Source of the DNA: Paraphysomonas bandaiensis
Taxonomy: Eukaryota > Protista > Chrysophyceae
Reading direction: 5' to 3'
Length of the DNA stretch: 64,000 bases
NCBI GenBank assembly: GCA_965644295.1
Contig: CBFFRP010000363.1
Coordinates: 186,001 to 250,000 of the forward strand
Shown here: positions 1-12,722 of the stretch, piece by piece
Layout: the number at the start of each line of letters is the position of its first letter
How positions within the stretch are numbered: position 1 is the first letter of the stretch
Notes under the pieces: model-generated
What the model was told of the DNA's origin: nothing
The model's database searches: none
Seen by the model: only the letters and a program-made list of their open reading frames with translations
Program-made: the position numbers and the translations under genes

Positions 1-1770
1 CGTAGCCCAGCCAAATTGCCATCTTTGATTAGTGGCGAATTTGGGGAAGGTAGTGTTAGACCACTCTGCGATGTTCGCTAAGTAGTCTGGGTTGCAAACG
101 AAGCCCCCAGCGAATGAAGATACGTCCATTCCCTCATCCCATATGCCTCCTGCACCCACAAAAGTAGCAGTACCGTCTTCCTGTGGAATTTTCGTAAACG
201 ATGCGCATGTGCTACCACAGGTCCCATCTGTGAGGATGATAAGCTTCTCTGGTGGCACAAATTTCGCAGGACGGAAGCCATTTGATGGCATTGCCTCTGC
301 TTCTCTGCAGTCAAGTGAAAATATATTTGTACGCCAATTTGTTACTCCTCCCTGGGTTACATTTCTTCCTGGGTAATAATATGCCCTACCGTCAGGGAAT
401 GACTCCTGAGTATCTCTGTCCAAAATTTGTTCGACATCTCCGGCGTAGGGATACGGGTCAGGGGCATTAACCACGTCGATATACCTGTCCATTAGAGGAG
501 AGTGTGGAAGATCATATCGCATCTGGACTTTAGTGTGGTCATTTTCATACTCCTCAACAAGCAGTTCAATGAGCCTCAGACCAAGGCATACATACCCTCC
601 TCCATTTTGCATTACATCTACTACAATCATGTCGAAGTCCACCGACAAGCAAGTCTCAACATCATCCAAGAAGCCTTCCCAAGCATCTAAATAGTCTTCT
701 CCTGGAGGAGAGAAACTAGCCACTTTCATGACTAATACTTTAGAGACGTCAGCGTCCTTCGCAGAACTCCCGGTGACACTTTGCACGAAGCAACTGACAT
801 AATACGGTGAGTCAGGGGGGAGGATTTCCTCTCTATCAGGTCGTGATTCATGCAAACGGGTAGTTAGAGTAGGAGCAGGTTCGTGCACGGAGCGATGCAT
901 CGGGTCAGTCACAGAGGAAGACTGCTTCAGTTGTGGAGCGGCAACCTCTTCGACATCCACTGCCGCACACAACGTTGTGTTGGCAAGCCCTGTAGTGTAG
1001 GAAGCCAGCCATGGTATAGTGTGAACTGATCCATCCGATAGAGTCAACTGTAAATCCTCTACGGGAAGTACTCCCACTGATATAGCACTACGATATAAGT
1101 AGGATCTGATTGCAGCGTTGAATCGAATTCCCCTGTTGTTACTTCTAGTCTCATGGGTGTCTCCCCACCCGGATACTTCCGTAGTAAATTCCAAACCGTT
1201 GAGTAAAGTTACTTGCTGGTCAATAAGAACATCAATATCAATCTCTGGATAGACTGCAGCATATGTGTCTGTATACAAATTCCGCATAAGATAGACCACT
1301 GGTTCATTGTCTAAAGTTTCCTCTGAGTTGTCGTCTTCGACGCGCATGTCGAATGCAAAAGGCTGAATAAATATCGCATTGTAGCAGGCAGGCTTCTGAT
1401 AACGAGTGTGAGCATCAATTGTCCTCTGAAAGATACTCTGTAGATGCTCCTGAAAGTCGATATCTGTAGCAAAGCCCCCAGCATTGACGATATCTTGAGT
1501 AGCAGACAGCTCGCCCTGGATGTCCATAGATATGGAGTAGGGGGGACCTGTAGCATGATACAACGCATCAAATCCAAAGTTCTCGAGAGACTGAGACAAG
1601 ACATCTAGAGTAGTATTCGCCCACTCCTCATTGAAAGGAATGGAATAGAGACAGTCGAGAGCATCCTCTGCAGTGGCGTAACAAGTCTCACCTACTGCAC
1701 AGGAGAGACTGCACTCCTGTCCATACACTGCAGATAAAAACCAAGCCAATATGATGTACAGGAAACGCAT
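1..1770 (-). CDS. Secreted peptidase S41 family protein (eukaryotic/CPAF-like type), 3' end beyond the window
   Basis: Absent from the ORF track because it runs off the edge. Manual translation from ATG 1770 gives signal peptide MRFLYIILAWFLSAVYG, then CLYSIPF, DVMQNGGGYV and IILTDGTCGSTCASF (S41 catalytic Ser motif). No stop seen before base 1. Confidence 0.85.
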   Translation of the reverse strand, partial: MRFLYIILAWFLSAVYGQECSLSCAVGETCYATAEDALDCLYSIPFNEEWANTTLDVLSQSLENFGFDALYHATGPPYSISMDIQGELSATQDIVNAGGFATDIDFQEHLQSIFQRTIDAHTRYQKPACYNAIFIQPFAFDMRVEDDNSEETLDNEPVVYLMRNLYTDTYAAVYPEIDIDVLIDQQVTLLNGLEFTTEVSGWGDTHETRSNNRGIRFNAAIRSYLYRSAISVGVLPVEDLQLTLSDGSVHTIPWLASYTTGLANTTLCAAVDVEEVAAPQLKQSSSVTDPMHRSVHEPAPTLTTRLHESRPDREEILPPDSPYYVSCFVQSVTGSSAKDADVSKVLVMKVASFSPPGEDYLDAWEGFLDDVETCLSVDFDMIVVDVMQNGGGYVCLGLRLIELLVEEYENDHTKVQMRYDLPHSPLMDRYIDVVNAPDPYPYAGDVEQILDRDTQESFPDGRAYYYPGRNVTQGGVTNWRTNIFSLDCREAEAMPSNGFRPAKFVPPEKLIILTDGTCGSTCASFTKIPQEDGTATFVGAGGIWDEGMDVSSFAGGFVCNPDYLANIAEWSNTTFPKFATNQRWQFGWAT

Positions 1771-2278
1771 CTTATTGGATTTTAATGGACACCATAGATT
1801 AGAGTAGGAGGTGATACATACATATATACGTGATCTATCAGCGCCGCGATACCATACCACTGTGTATACATGTGTGTCCATCCATACAAACATCATGTAT
1901 CGTAGATATATATACTATATCCTATATATTGTATTCCACGGTATACCACGTATATGATGCCCTTGTGAGATCTGCTGCTGGTGATGCCAGTCGGTCATTC
2001 GACTGAAAGAAAAGAAGAGCAGAATGGAATACAATAATGACGTAACTGTATCCTGAAGGGCTACTCTTCTATATTCTTCTTCAATGCAGAAGCCTCAAGT
2101 ATCTTACGTGCATCTGAGACCAGTGTGTCCAGCCACGTCATTAAGAACTATTACATCAGATCAGCAGTGAGGGACTGTTAGCAGACCACTTCATTCATAA
2201 TTTCAAGTCACAGAGAGTTGGATCATACAGCAATAACAAACAGGACAGTTCTAACAAGCGTGTAATTAAGATTAAAAG

Positions 2279-2938
2279 ATGAAGAAAGCGATTCAGTTGA
2301 TTGTATTCTTTGCTCTAGTTGTGGTTACGATGGCATCCACTGTACCTTCATTGGATGATGTGACAGACCATCTGAAGGCTGCAAAGGAGAGTGTTGCTCA
2401 GGCAGTGGAAGGGTATCCAACCAATGTTGATAAGGCCAAGACTGAGAGGCGTGCTACTGAGATCAAGCAGCAGGCTGAAGAGTATCTGGCATCTGCTCAG
2501 ACCAATGCTCAGAAGGCTGCCCAGCAGGCATCTGAGACATATAAACAGGCTAAGGACAGTGCTGCTGAGTATGCCGAAAGGGCTCAACAAACTGCGAATA
2601 TCGCTTCCGAAAAGACATCAGAGACATATAACAAAGCCAAGGCAGCTGCACAAGATACGGCACGACGAACGTCCGAAACGTATGAGCAAGCTAAAGCAAC
2701 TACCAATGATGCTGCCCGACGAGCATCTGAGAGCCTTGAACAAGCTCGTCAGCGCGCTCAGGAATATGCGAATTCGGCGAAAGGGGCTGCTGATAACGCT
2801 GCTAAGACTTCCTCTGATGTGCTAGGCAAGACGAAAGAGCAAGCACAGGGGGCTGCAGATTCTGCTACTCGCGCGGGACAAAAGGCTTCGGAGAAAGTCG
2901 CAGAAACGTATGAGCAGACAAAGGAACGCATTTTGTAA
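2279..2938 (+). CDS. LEA group 3-like protein with signal peptide
   Basis: Hydrophobic N-terminus, then A/K/E/Q/T-rich helical 11-mer repeats (ASETYKQAKDS, TSETYNKAKAA, TSETYEQAKAT, ASESLEQARQR). No Cys or Trp. Confidence 0.75.
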   Translation: MKKAIQLIVFFALVVVTMASTVPSLDDVTDHLKAAKESVAQAVEGYPTNVDKAKTERRATEIKQQAEEYLASAQTNAQKAAQQASETYKQAKDSAAEYAERAQQTANIASEKTSETYNKAKAAAQDTARRTSETYEQAKATTNDAARRASESLEQARQRAQEYANSAKGAADNAAKTSSDVLGKTKEQAQGAADSATRAGQKASEKVAETYEQTKERIL

Positions 2939-4491
2939 ATTTTCTCAAGAATTTCCTTTAGCATTTGTAATACTGATTTTTTGGTTTTCTGAAAGTATGA
3001 TTTCGAAATTGAGTAGGACTTAATTAAGTTTTTAATAGCGATAATTATGTATGCATTATGAAAAGCTATCAACTCTTCCATGGTGATGTAGTGTCCTGTC
3101 GCCTGCAGCGGATAGTGTTAAGATGCGCAACGGCCATCTTTAGATTTGACATTTACAAGGTTAATAATAAATATGATCAATATTATTGTGAAAGATGTTT
3201 GCGTTGCTTCTTGAGACTCTTCAGGCACATATACCTTATACTACTTACACTGTGAATATAGTCCTTTACAACTAATCTTTGATATTGACACTATGTTTCT
3301 AAGTTCTATTATTGAATCAAATAGTAAAACGGGTATAACACAACTTTTACTGACACTCTCTGTCGTAGTAGAAGCATGAACGCATATGTTAAGGACAAAT
3401 AGTATTTAGCTCTCGTCTACGTTAGTTGTATGCCTGTATGAATAGTATTCCACAACTAGTATTCACGTTAGATCCAGCGCTGAATGTAGTACTGGTTACT
3501 ACACTTCCGCAATCGTTAATAGTTATTGAATTTTTTCAAACTTCGCCCAATAATAGCCAAATTTATAATCAACTAATTCGAATTACACAATGAGATACAG
3601 TTTTTCGTGAGGACAGTTATCTCGAAGTGTATGATCATTTTTACTCCCCTCAGAAATATCACAGAGTACAGATATCAACACAAACCTGAAATACACAACC
3701 TGCAAATAGTTTATTTTTCTTGTACTATAGACGCTATACATTTTATTGGCACTTCACTACTCTACCGTAAGCAGATGACAGGACCATACTCAGAGCACGC
3801 TAACATATATACACAGATAGGGCTGTTTCATTGATGCCATGCCCTCCACTGTCCGTGTAGACCATCTAGCGGCCTCATATCAGAACTATATCTGAAGGGT
3901 GCCCTTCGAATAGTGGGATCTAACTTCACCTCGTGTTTATCTAGCATGTCGTCCATATAGAGTTTGAGGGCGTCACAACACTGCTGCGTCATTCCTGTGT
4001 AGGACAAGATTGTGTGGAAACCCAGTCCCCATCTTCATATAGCAGCATAAGCAACACACCGTCGACCCTCCTATAGTCAGACAATCTTAACGCTTGGTGT
4101 TCCATATCCAGGTCCAAGTTTACAGTGCAGTCGTTTAAATGCATATTTTAAAGTTAAAAATCGATATATTCTTCACTTTTTCCACTTTTCGAGACAAAAA
4201 ATAGAGCTTTTCTGCTTTTTTATAAGGTTTTACCACTAATGGTTCCACTATCTGCTGGTCCTGCTGTATATTCATATGTTGAACTTCAAATCAAAGAGTG
4301 TTGTAGTTCAATGCATGCCTATAGCAGAGCTGTGTGTGGGTTGTATATGTATAGGAAGGGGGTCGCATTATAGTATACAGCTACACGTACAGGTGGACAA
4401 CATCCGCATACTGCATCACAATCAACCACTGTGTCCATACCACACCATTCGAGTGAACTCTCTTGTTCCCCTCTCTATCATTACTACCATC

Positions 4492-6957
4492 ATGATCCGA
4501 TCGACTCGTCTTTCTCTCTCTATCGGTTCGCTCTGTCGCTGTAGATGGTTTGGAACTAAGCATAAGGTCGCTGCTGTGGAGGATGCTATTAGCTTAGTTA
4601 GAGACAATGACACCATATCTGTGAGTGGGTTTGTTGCTCAGGGGTCCCCGGAGACCCTCCTAAGGGCACTGGGAGATCGCTATCGCTCAACTGGAGAGCC
4701 AAAAGATATCGAGCTGGTATTCGGGGGTGGGCCCGGTGACTATGCAACAAAAGGACTCAATCACTTAGCTCAACCTGGTTTACTAAAGCGTGCAATCGGC
4801 GGGCATTATGGTCAAGTTCCCCAAATAGCAAAAATGGCATTGAATAATGAAATTGAAGCCTATTGCATGCCTCTAGGTTCTATATCTCGTATGCTACGAG
4901 CAGCTGCGTCAGCATCTCCTGGGCACATAAGTAAAGTTGGTTTTGGTACATTCATTGATCCAGATCAAACAGGGGGGCGTTTAAACTCCCGTTCTACTGA
5001 GAATATAGTTGAGACAGTACACATACTTGGGGAAAAATATCTCTGCTACAAAGCGATTCCTATAAACGTAGCTTTGATTAGAGCTACAACTGGAGACCTC
5101 GAAGGAAATTTGACCTTTGAAAAAGAAAGTCTTCTATCCGACGCAAGGGTCATTGCGATGGCCGCCAGAAGTTCGGGAGGAGTAGTTATTGCCCAGGTAG
5201 AGCGCATCGCAGAATCATCCACATTGCCAATGAAGTCTGTTCATATCCCTGGAGCTCTGGTAGACTGCGTAGTTTTGGCAGAGAGAAATGAAGATTCTTT
5301 TCAAAGTTATTTTACGGCATACAACCCGTCTTGGTCAGGGGAGTTGAAGCCCCCACTGTCATCATCATATTCTGGAGATAAGTCACTAGATGCCAGGAAG
5401 GTAATAGCAAGACGAGCGGTATTAGAACTCAAGCCAGATGATATTGTCAATCTTGGTATTGGTATGCCTGAGGGGGTTGCCACAGTAGCTCGGGAAGAAG
5501 GACTTCAACAGCTTACTACACTTACTACCGAAGCAGGAATATTTGGAGGTGTGGGTGCTAATGGGCGAGACTTTGGACCTGCAAGTAACGCAGATGCGAT
5601 GATGGAAATGAACCAACAATTTGATTTCTACAACGGAGGAGGTTTAGATATATGTTTTCTTGGTATGGGAGAATGTAGTGCTAAGGGAGACATAAATGTG
5701 TCTCGTCTTGGAGAGAATACAGGGACTTTAACAGGGCCTGGAGGTTTCATCGATATCTCTCAAAGTACTCCAAGAGTCGTGTTTATGGGAACGTTCAGTA
5801 AAAAAGGCTTAAAAGTAAACTACAGTGCATCAGAAGCTTCCACTTCGACACAAGAACATGAAGATGACATGGATAGTATGTCGTCAGCTTCATTGAAATT
5901 GGAAATTTCTCAGGAAGGTGGTATCAAAACGTTTAAAACTAAAGTGTCTGAGATTACGTTTTCTGCCGAAACTGCCCTTCATAGAGGTCAGAAAGTATTG
6001 TACATTACAGAACGGGCTGTCTTTAAACTTACACCAAAAGGGGTGGAGCTTATAGAGATTGCTCCTGGTGTAGATATTGACAGGGATGTGTTAGCACATA
6101 TGGATTTTTCTCCTATAGTTGACAGGGACAACGTGGCTATTATGGACTCTCGTATATTTAGAGTTGATAGAATGGGATTGGTTGACGACCTGATGGATCC
6201 CCATAAGGCTCTTGTAGAGCGCATGGAGTACAACCCTGATACCCATACAGTGTATCTAGACCTCTCAGGGTTAATAATAAATGATCTGCGAGCTTTAAAA
6301 ACCTTTGCGAGGGTTCTGCAACAGGAGTACGATAATGTTAGCCAGAACGGGGATAAGCGATTTAATTGTGTGGTTAATTACGATGGGCTATCTCTAGGGG
6401 ATACTTTGGTGCAGAAGTGGAAGGAATTGGCTTTACAGCTTGAAAAGAAGTACTACTGTTCTACTACTAGGTACCAATTTATTCGATATTTAGAAAGTAG
6501 AGAGATATGACTCGTCCTTCGTAGTATATATATCGGACTATTCCTCATTTATTACTATCTTATAGTGCAGTTTCCTATATTATATGTATTTTTGTATATT
6601 TGTATATGACCATTCTCACTGTATGTTTATAGATACGCTGGAAGAGCTTTTTTAAGACACAAGCTAGCAACATCAATAGATCTTAAAGACATAGACGCGA
6701 CATGGAAAGATTTCATTCAGAAGCAGCGAATTGAAAGAGACACTGATGATGGAAATAAATGCAGTGGCAATGGTTTGGATCGAGTGCACTTGAGAGAGGC
6801 TCTACTCAAATATCATCATATGCGGGTGAGCGAGCCTATTTTAAATGCTCTCATGGAAGGGCGCTCACAAGTGACTAGACGTGAATTCCCGAGACTTCTC
6901 GAAAAGATAAGGGAGTATGAAATGCAGGGTCATCTTCGATTTATAGAAAAAAACTAA
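4492..6957 (+). CDS. Family I acyl-CoA:acetate/propionate CoA-transferase (YdiF/Pct-like, fused alpha-beta), probably mitochondrial
   Basis: Motifs SGFVAQGSPE, GLNHLA, IGGHYG, VNLGIGMPEGV, TTEAG (catalytic Glu), GPGGFIDISQ, YITERAVF. Likely start ATG 4492 with an Arg/Ser-rich presequence. Intron 6471-6632 joins TR|YAGRAFLRHKL and continues to stop 6957. Confidence 0.9.
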
Positions 6958-7689
6958 CTCCTATTGCTAGATTTGTCAATATAACGTAGAATACTAAAAC
7001 ATTTTATTAGTACACCACTTTAGAAATTGTGCTTTTGGTATGTAGTAAGTATTAAAACTACAATCTTTATTATTGATTTATTCACACGAAAAGTATGACG
7101 AACTTTCTTGTTACTCCTCTTCTGATACAAGGGCTAGACAACGACATATAGCAATAATATTGTTAGATAGTAGATAGCGTTTCATCAATAATATTGATGG
7201 AGGTTTAAAGCTGGTCCACCGACCAACGACACTATTGCAATATAGCAATACTACATTATTCGACTTTCATAACATGCATAATAGCATAATAGTATAAATC
7301 AATCTAAATCTGAGTTTCACCTCTTTACTTAAGGGGCAAGTAGGTTGTAATCATACATGTGTATTCTGCTGACAACAATACTACGAACTACATAATGATG
7401 CTTTCGCTTTCTGAAATATTAAAATTCAGTAATAATGCACACACGCATCTATTCACTATTCAATATACCACTGCGTTCAGTATTCAAACGGCTGAGAGAA
7501 CAATGGGACAATTAGAAATTCATTCAAGAATTTACTACTTCAGGATAACGACCTGCAACGATAAATTTGGTTGGTTATTCAAACAACAGCTGGTGGAAAC
7601 AAATGATCAGTACCTAAGTCCTGCCTAATACACTGATTCCTTTCATCACGAAAACGCACTTCCTTTTCGCTGCGTAGAAACCGTTAGTA

Positions 7690-9342
7690 AACAATGTTCT
7701 GCAGCATTATATACATTTAAGGCGAACACTAAACAAATACAAGCCACACATAGAAAAGAGTATATTGCATACATTATTTTTTCGATTCGATTTGCTGCTC
7801 GTCCCGTCAGTAGATGACACACTGCGACAACCACGAGGGACCTGTATTAATCTATATTAGACAACAAGTGCATATAACAAAAAGTGAAATCTAATCGATA
7901 TCCGTATATATTAACAGAGTACTAAGTAGAGAATGAATACCGGAATGGCCAGAAAAAGCAACACATCAGAAAGAGCCTTGATCCAAATGTCAGCAACAGC
8001 GTCGTCAATTATCTGAAGGTCCAATGTGTGGGCCTTTGTGGCAATAGAGAGCATCGGAATATCATCATCTGTAACATGAGAAAGTGTAAGCTCTTTGAAA
8101 TCATCATGTAAGAGTCTATGCTACAGAATGTCCATTGCGATGTATTACCTGCGTAGTGCCCGTATATAACATCTACGATATCGCTCATAGGAATAATCCT
8201 CATCTGGGATTTCATCCCCCTAGAAGCGGGGCTCTCTGATTGACTGGTGGTGCACCATGTCAAGCACACATCTTCTCTATTTGCCTGAATAAAGATGTAT
8301 GAGTACTAGAGGAAATATGTATATACTATACAAAAACACTCACCTGAACCGAGCACAACGACGTGACCATTTTACCAGTCATTGAGATCCCGTGCTTGTT
8401 AAATTTACATCCCGCCGTGAGTTCTTGAAAAGCCACTTCAAAGTTTTCCAGCTGTTGCATGTACCACTTCTCAGTGTCCACTGTCTCCTCACCAGAGGTA
8501 ATGCTGTTGACGTTCCATCTGTACACCGTCCAGTGGATGGCATCGTACCACTCCTATATAGATTGCGAAAAAATCAGCTAAACACACACAGCAGGCAATA
8601 ATCGCATCGCATATTCAAGCAGCATATATCGCACTCAATACTGTTATTATATCACTTTTACACAATATTAACCACCCACATAAGCCTCTTTGCGAGAGTT
8701 AAACTTTAATAGCAGGTCCTTTTCACCCTGTCGGCCTATGATCTCTATCACAGCGGAGTCCTCAACATTGAGCTTGAGCTCGCATGTAGCGCCCAGTAAA
8801 TGTACCTTCGTGAAATGTAGCGATTATCAAAACTCCCATATGAGGTTTCGCTGTATGTACCTGTCCCTTAACATTTATTCCTTTGCCCGTTTTATCATCT
8901 CGCTTTTCGAAGTATTTGATCTCCCCATCGTCCAGAACAAAATACCGCTTCCTCCAATTCCGCACCTATGTTTCGAAGTTACAGTCAGTATATAAATATA
9001 TAAACCAACCATATGCCCACGCTTCATTAACCAATCCGCTTTCGTTAAATCATTCAATGAAGGAGGATCAACTAGAGACTTTCCAACCACCTTACGTGTG
9101 GTGGGTCCTTCTGATTGTGGAGGCTCATACAGTCCGATGCTATCATGACCGGCCCCTTCATTGCTAGTGTATGATGCGGACTGCTTAAACGCTGACGCCT
9201 CATAGTAGTTATCCCTCTGAAGGCTCATGCCTCTACCAGAGCTATTCCTATCCTCGTCTATCAGAGGCTGTTTAGTCAGACCTCTATTTTTAATTCGATT
9301 GTCTCGACTCTTTTTAGTTAAACATGCAAAACAACAACCCAT
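7690..9342 (-). CDS. Tandem PH-domain protein with N-terminal MGCC lipidation motif (multi-exon, 3' end approximate)
   Basis: Spliced WLMKRGHM|VRNWRKRYFVL is a classic PH beta1-beta2. A second PH-like block reads IIPMSDIVDVIYG...TLDLQ...DIWIKAL. Several short GT-AG introns. Confidence 0.8.
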
Positions 9343-9490
9343 AATACTACTATGACGATAGACCGATAAGCAAACAATAATTACATGCTACTAGTATGGA
9401 GTTGAAGTGGTTCAGTTGTGCAGACATGGAGACATGGAGGGATATGAAGGATCCTTATAACAGATGCAACCATACCCCACATCACAACAT

Positions 9491-9874
9491 ATACATACAT
9501 ACATACATACATACATACATACATACATACATACATACATACATACATACATACATACATACATACATACATACATACATACATACATACATACATACAT
9601 ACATACATACATACATACATACATACATACATACATACATACATACATACATACATACATACATACATACATACATACATACATACATACATACATACAT
9701 ACATACATACATACATACATACATACATACATACATACATACATACATACATACATACATACATACATACATACATACATACATACATACATACATACAT
9801 ACATACATACATACATACATACATACATACATACATACATACATACATACATACATACATACATACATACATAC
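9491..9874. repeat. (ATAC)n microsatellite, about 96 units
   Basis: Perfect tetranucleotide array; source of the spurious MYVC/YIHT ORFs. Confidence 0.99.
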
Positions 9875-10870
9875 CATCATAAGACACATACATCTGATGG
9901 TAGTCTTCCACATCGGTATCACTTTGGGGGGTGCGCTTCCACGATAAACATGATGAGCATCGTCGACTGACGGGAGGCCAGTCATATCTCCTGCATATCA
10001 TGGAAGCGCATTTCTAGTATCTTTGTTAGCAATTTGGCCCCTAGTGACAAGTATGGATATAGTGAAGATTCCAGATGCTGCTATTTTCTTTTCTATTTAA
10101 TTGATAACTGCAGAGATCTACTGTACAGGGAGGGTTCTACCTGACTTTATTGTACTGGAGGCCTATAGAGAGGGTTTAAGTAGAAAATTGGCGGATTCTT
10201 AGACGACCGATGCTAAGAGGAGCGTTGTCATTACATGTAATGGGCTTAGAGGGGTACTAGACGTAGCCAAACGTACTACTTCCGATGTTGTGTTTAGTTT
10301 CGTTAGTTTATGACAGACGTATTAGGCAAACGAATAATATATTGATAATATAGGCTAGAATATATTGATAATGTGCTATTGTTTATTACACCATTCTTCT
10401 TAAAAGTACTACTATTTCAATAATCTTATATCTCTACTTACTAATTACTAATGTAATCAATAATGAAGCTCTCTATTATGACAACTGCTACGTCATTAAT
10501 AGCTTAGATTTAAGTAATAATAACCACAATCAAAAGCGAGTGACAAGTCAACTCGATGAACATAACTATAAAAAAAATCAATGTTCATTTTTTGTATGAT
10601 GTCGACTCCAGCTAAATCAGTACATCGTGTGAAAGGTTTACGTGTAGAGCAAGATTTAATTCAGTGTGATGTCCAATTCTTATAGTTGTAAAACTGATAA
10701 AGAAGGAGATGTCATTAGGCTATTGAGCGTTGAATTTTAAAAAGGTAAATAGAATTCTTACTGTTTAACTAAGGAAGTACTATAGAGAGAAAGACATTAT
10801 CGACAATAATAGCGCCTTTGTATTTCTCATTTCATGTACGTATATCAAAAAACAGTATAAAAGAAAGATT

Positions 10871-11647
10871 TTAAGCAGAAGCCTTCTCCGCACGCACCGT
10901 GCTCGCTACATGAAGAACTGGTGCAGTCATTTCATCGTACGAGTTCAGTGCAGCCTTCAAGGCGCCAATATATCGCATAATATGAGAATAAGGTGTCAAG
11001 TCCAATAGGCCAAATGCATCAGTGTGAATTTGATCGAGCTCTGGTAGAATTATCAAATCCGCAATTGTGGGTGCTTCCGTACCCGCTACGAAAGTATTGT
11101 TTTCCAAGTGGGTGTCCAGGAAACTAAGTGAGCGCTTCATTGCCTCCATATCAGCCTCTTTAATTTCCATCTTCAGAATAACTGCTGGTACAAGCAATTT
11201 CGAGGTAGACATGCGAGTGTTTGTATGGTTCCAATGTAACCACTGATTCACCCTGCGATATATAGCATGAAAATATATACCCAATGTCACAACAAATACA
11301 CTCACTTAGCGCGAACACGCAAATCTTCTGGATACCACGAGGTAAGTTTACGAGACTCAGCGAGATAGGTCAGGATAGCTGCCCCCTCTGACAGGCCCAG
11401 GTCCCCATCCTCAAGGAATGGCACCAATCCAGTTGGATTCACAGCAAGATATTCAGGTTTCTTGTTTTCGCCCGACATGATATTGATCTCGACTTCCTCG
11501 ACATCAATATTGGCTTCTCTGCAAAGCATGCGCACACTCCTAAAATAGTCCATCAGACACAGCACAGGCATTAGCAACAGATGATATCTACCTTGAAGGC
11601 TGAGAAAGGGGGAAAAAGTGCAACTTGGTTACGTTTGGTGTGGCCAT
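10871..11647 (-). CDS. Glutathione S-transferase, theta-like (3 exons)
   Basis: MATPNVTKLHFFPLSQPSR|SVRML, NPTGLVPFLED, LSEGAAILTYLA, RAK|VNQWLHW, PTIADL. Confidence 0.92.
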
Positions 11648-12031
11648 GGCTTATATATTATGTCTGATATTACACTGATTGTATTGTGAGGATGCTGTGC
11701 GCCTCAGATGCATGCAATGCAGTGCATATGGTGGATATGGTGGGGAGTCTAGAAGCAAGGCAGCAAGGATTCCTTGACACCCACCAGAACCACTCTAGAA
11801 CTACAGCATATGGTGTACAGACTGTACAATACGGAATACAGATATACAGCTATATTTACATGGAATTGAGGGTTTTCTACAAATTTCCGCTTTATAGCAC
11901 AAATGCGACTTATTTGCAAAAAAAGGCTTTATTTGTAATAACTCTCATAAAGCAAGATATAAGCTGCGCTAAACTAGTTGTATCGCTGTGACTAAGTTTA
12001 ATACGGATATAAACGTCACCTGAACTATAGA

Positions 12032-12722
12032 ATGACCATTGTGGGTATCGTCGGAGCAGGAACATTCGGATACAAACTAGCTGTGTTGTTTCGGTGCAGT
12101 GGATTGGAAGTTATAGTGGGCTCTAGATCTGCACAGAGAGGCCAAGAGATCGCACGCTCGTTAGGTATATAATCCGTCAACCACAAGTAATTAATAACAG
12201 ATCTGTGTGATAGGATGCAGAGGAGGCAGTCAGCAGTATTGTATTGATAACTCAGACATCGTGTTCGCAGTTATTCCTTACATCGCTGAAGATGGCTGCG
12301 ACAATATGATTAAATTTCTTGACACTCATCGTTCGATTTTATCCGGAAAGTGTGTAGTGGACTTGTCGAATGTGTTTTACAGAACACTACCAAGTGATTT
12401 TGATGCATCAAAGTATTCATCGGGTCTGCAATATCATATTGACTACGTGAACGACCCCAGTATATCATTCGCAGCCGGGTATAAGGTTATTATGAATACC
12501 TCCCTTCTGACGACGAAGCAAGGGGTTGAGATATGCGGACACGACCGTGCAAAAAATGTGCTTAAGAGTGTCATAGAGTCAACTGGATGGTGGGCTTTAG
12601 ATAGGGGAGGAGTAGAGGCCGCCCCACTCTTGGAACCAAAAGGACCTAATCGTGAAAGGATTGATGACCCTCGTGGAATAGAACGCTTACAAAATATGGT
12701 GGGAGTGGAGTACTTTGAATGA
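12032..12722 (+). CDS. NADP oxidoreductase, F420_oxidored/NpdG-like family (2 exons)
   Basis: Exon 1 MTIVGIVGAGTFG (GxGxxG) and VIVGSRS. Exon 2 has DIVFAVIPY, GKCVVDLSN, ICGHDRAK, GWWALDRGG. Confidence 0.8.

Noticed and set aside
4276-4491. N-terminal 72 codons of the 744-aa ORF
   Set aside because: Promoter-like TA/CA-rich composition; ATG 4492 gives a typical presequence directly before the conserved domain.
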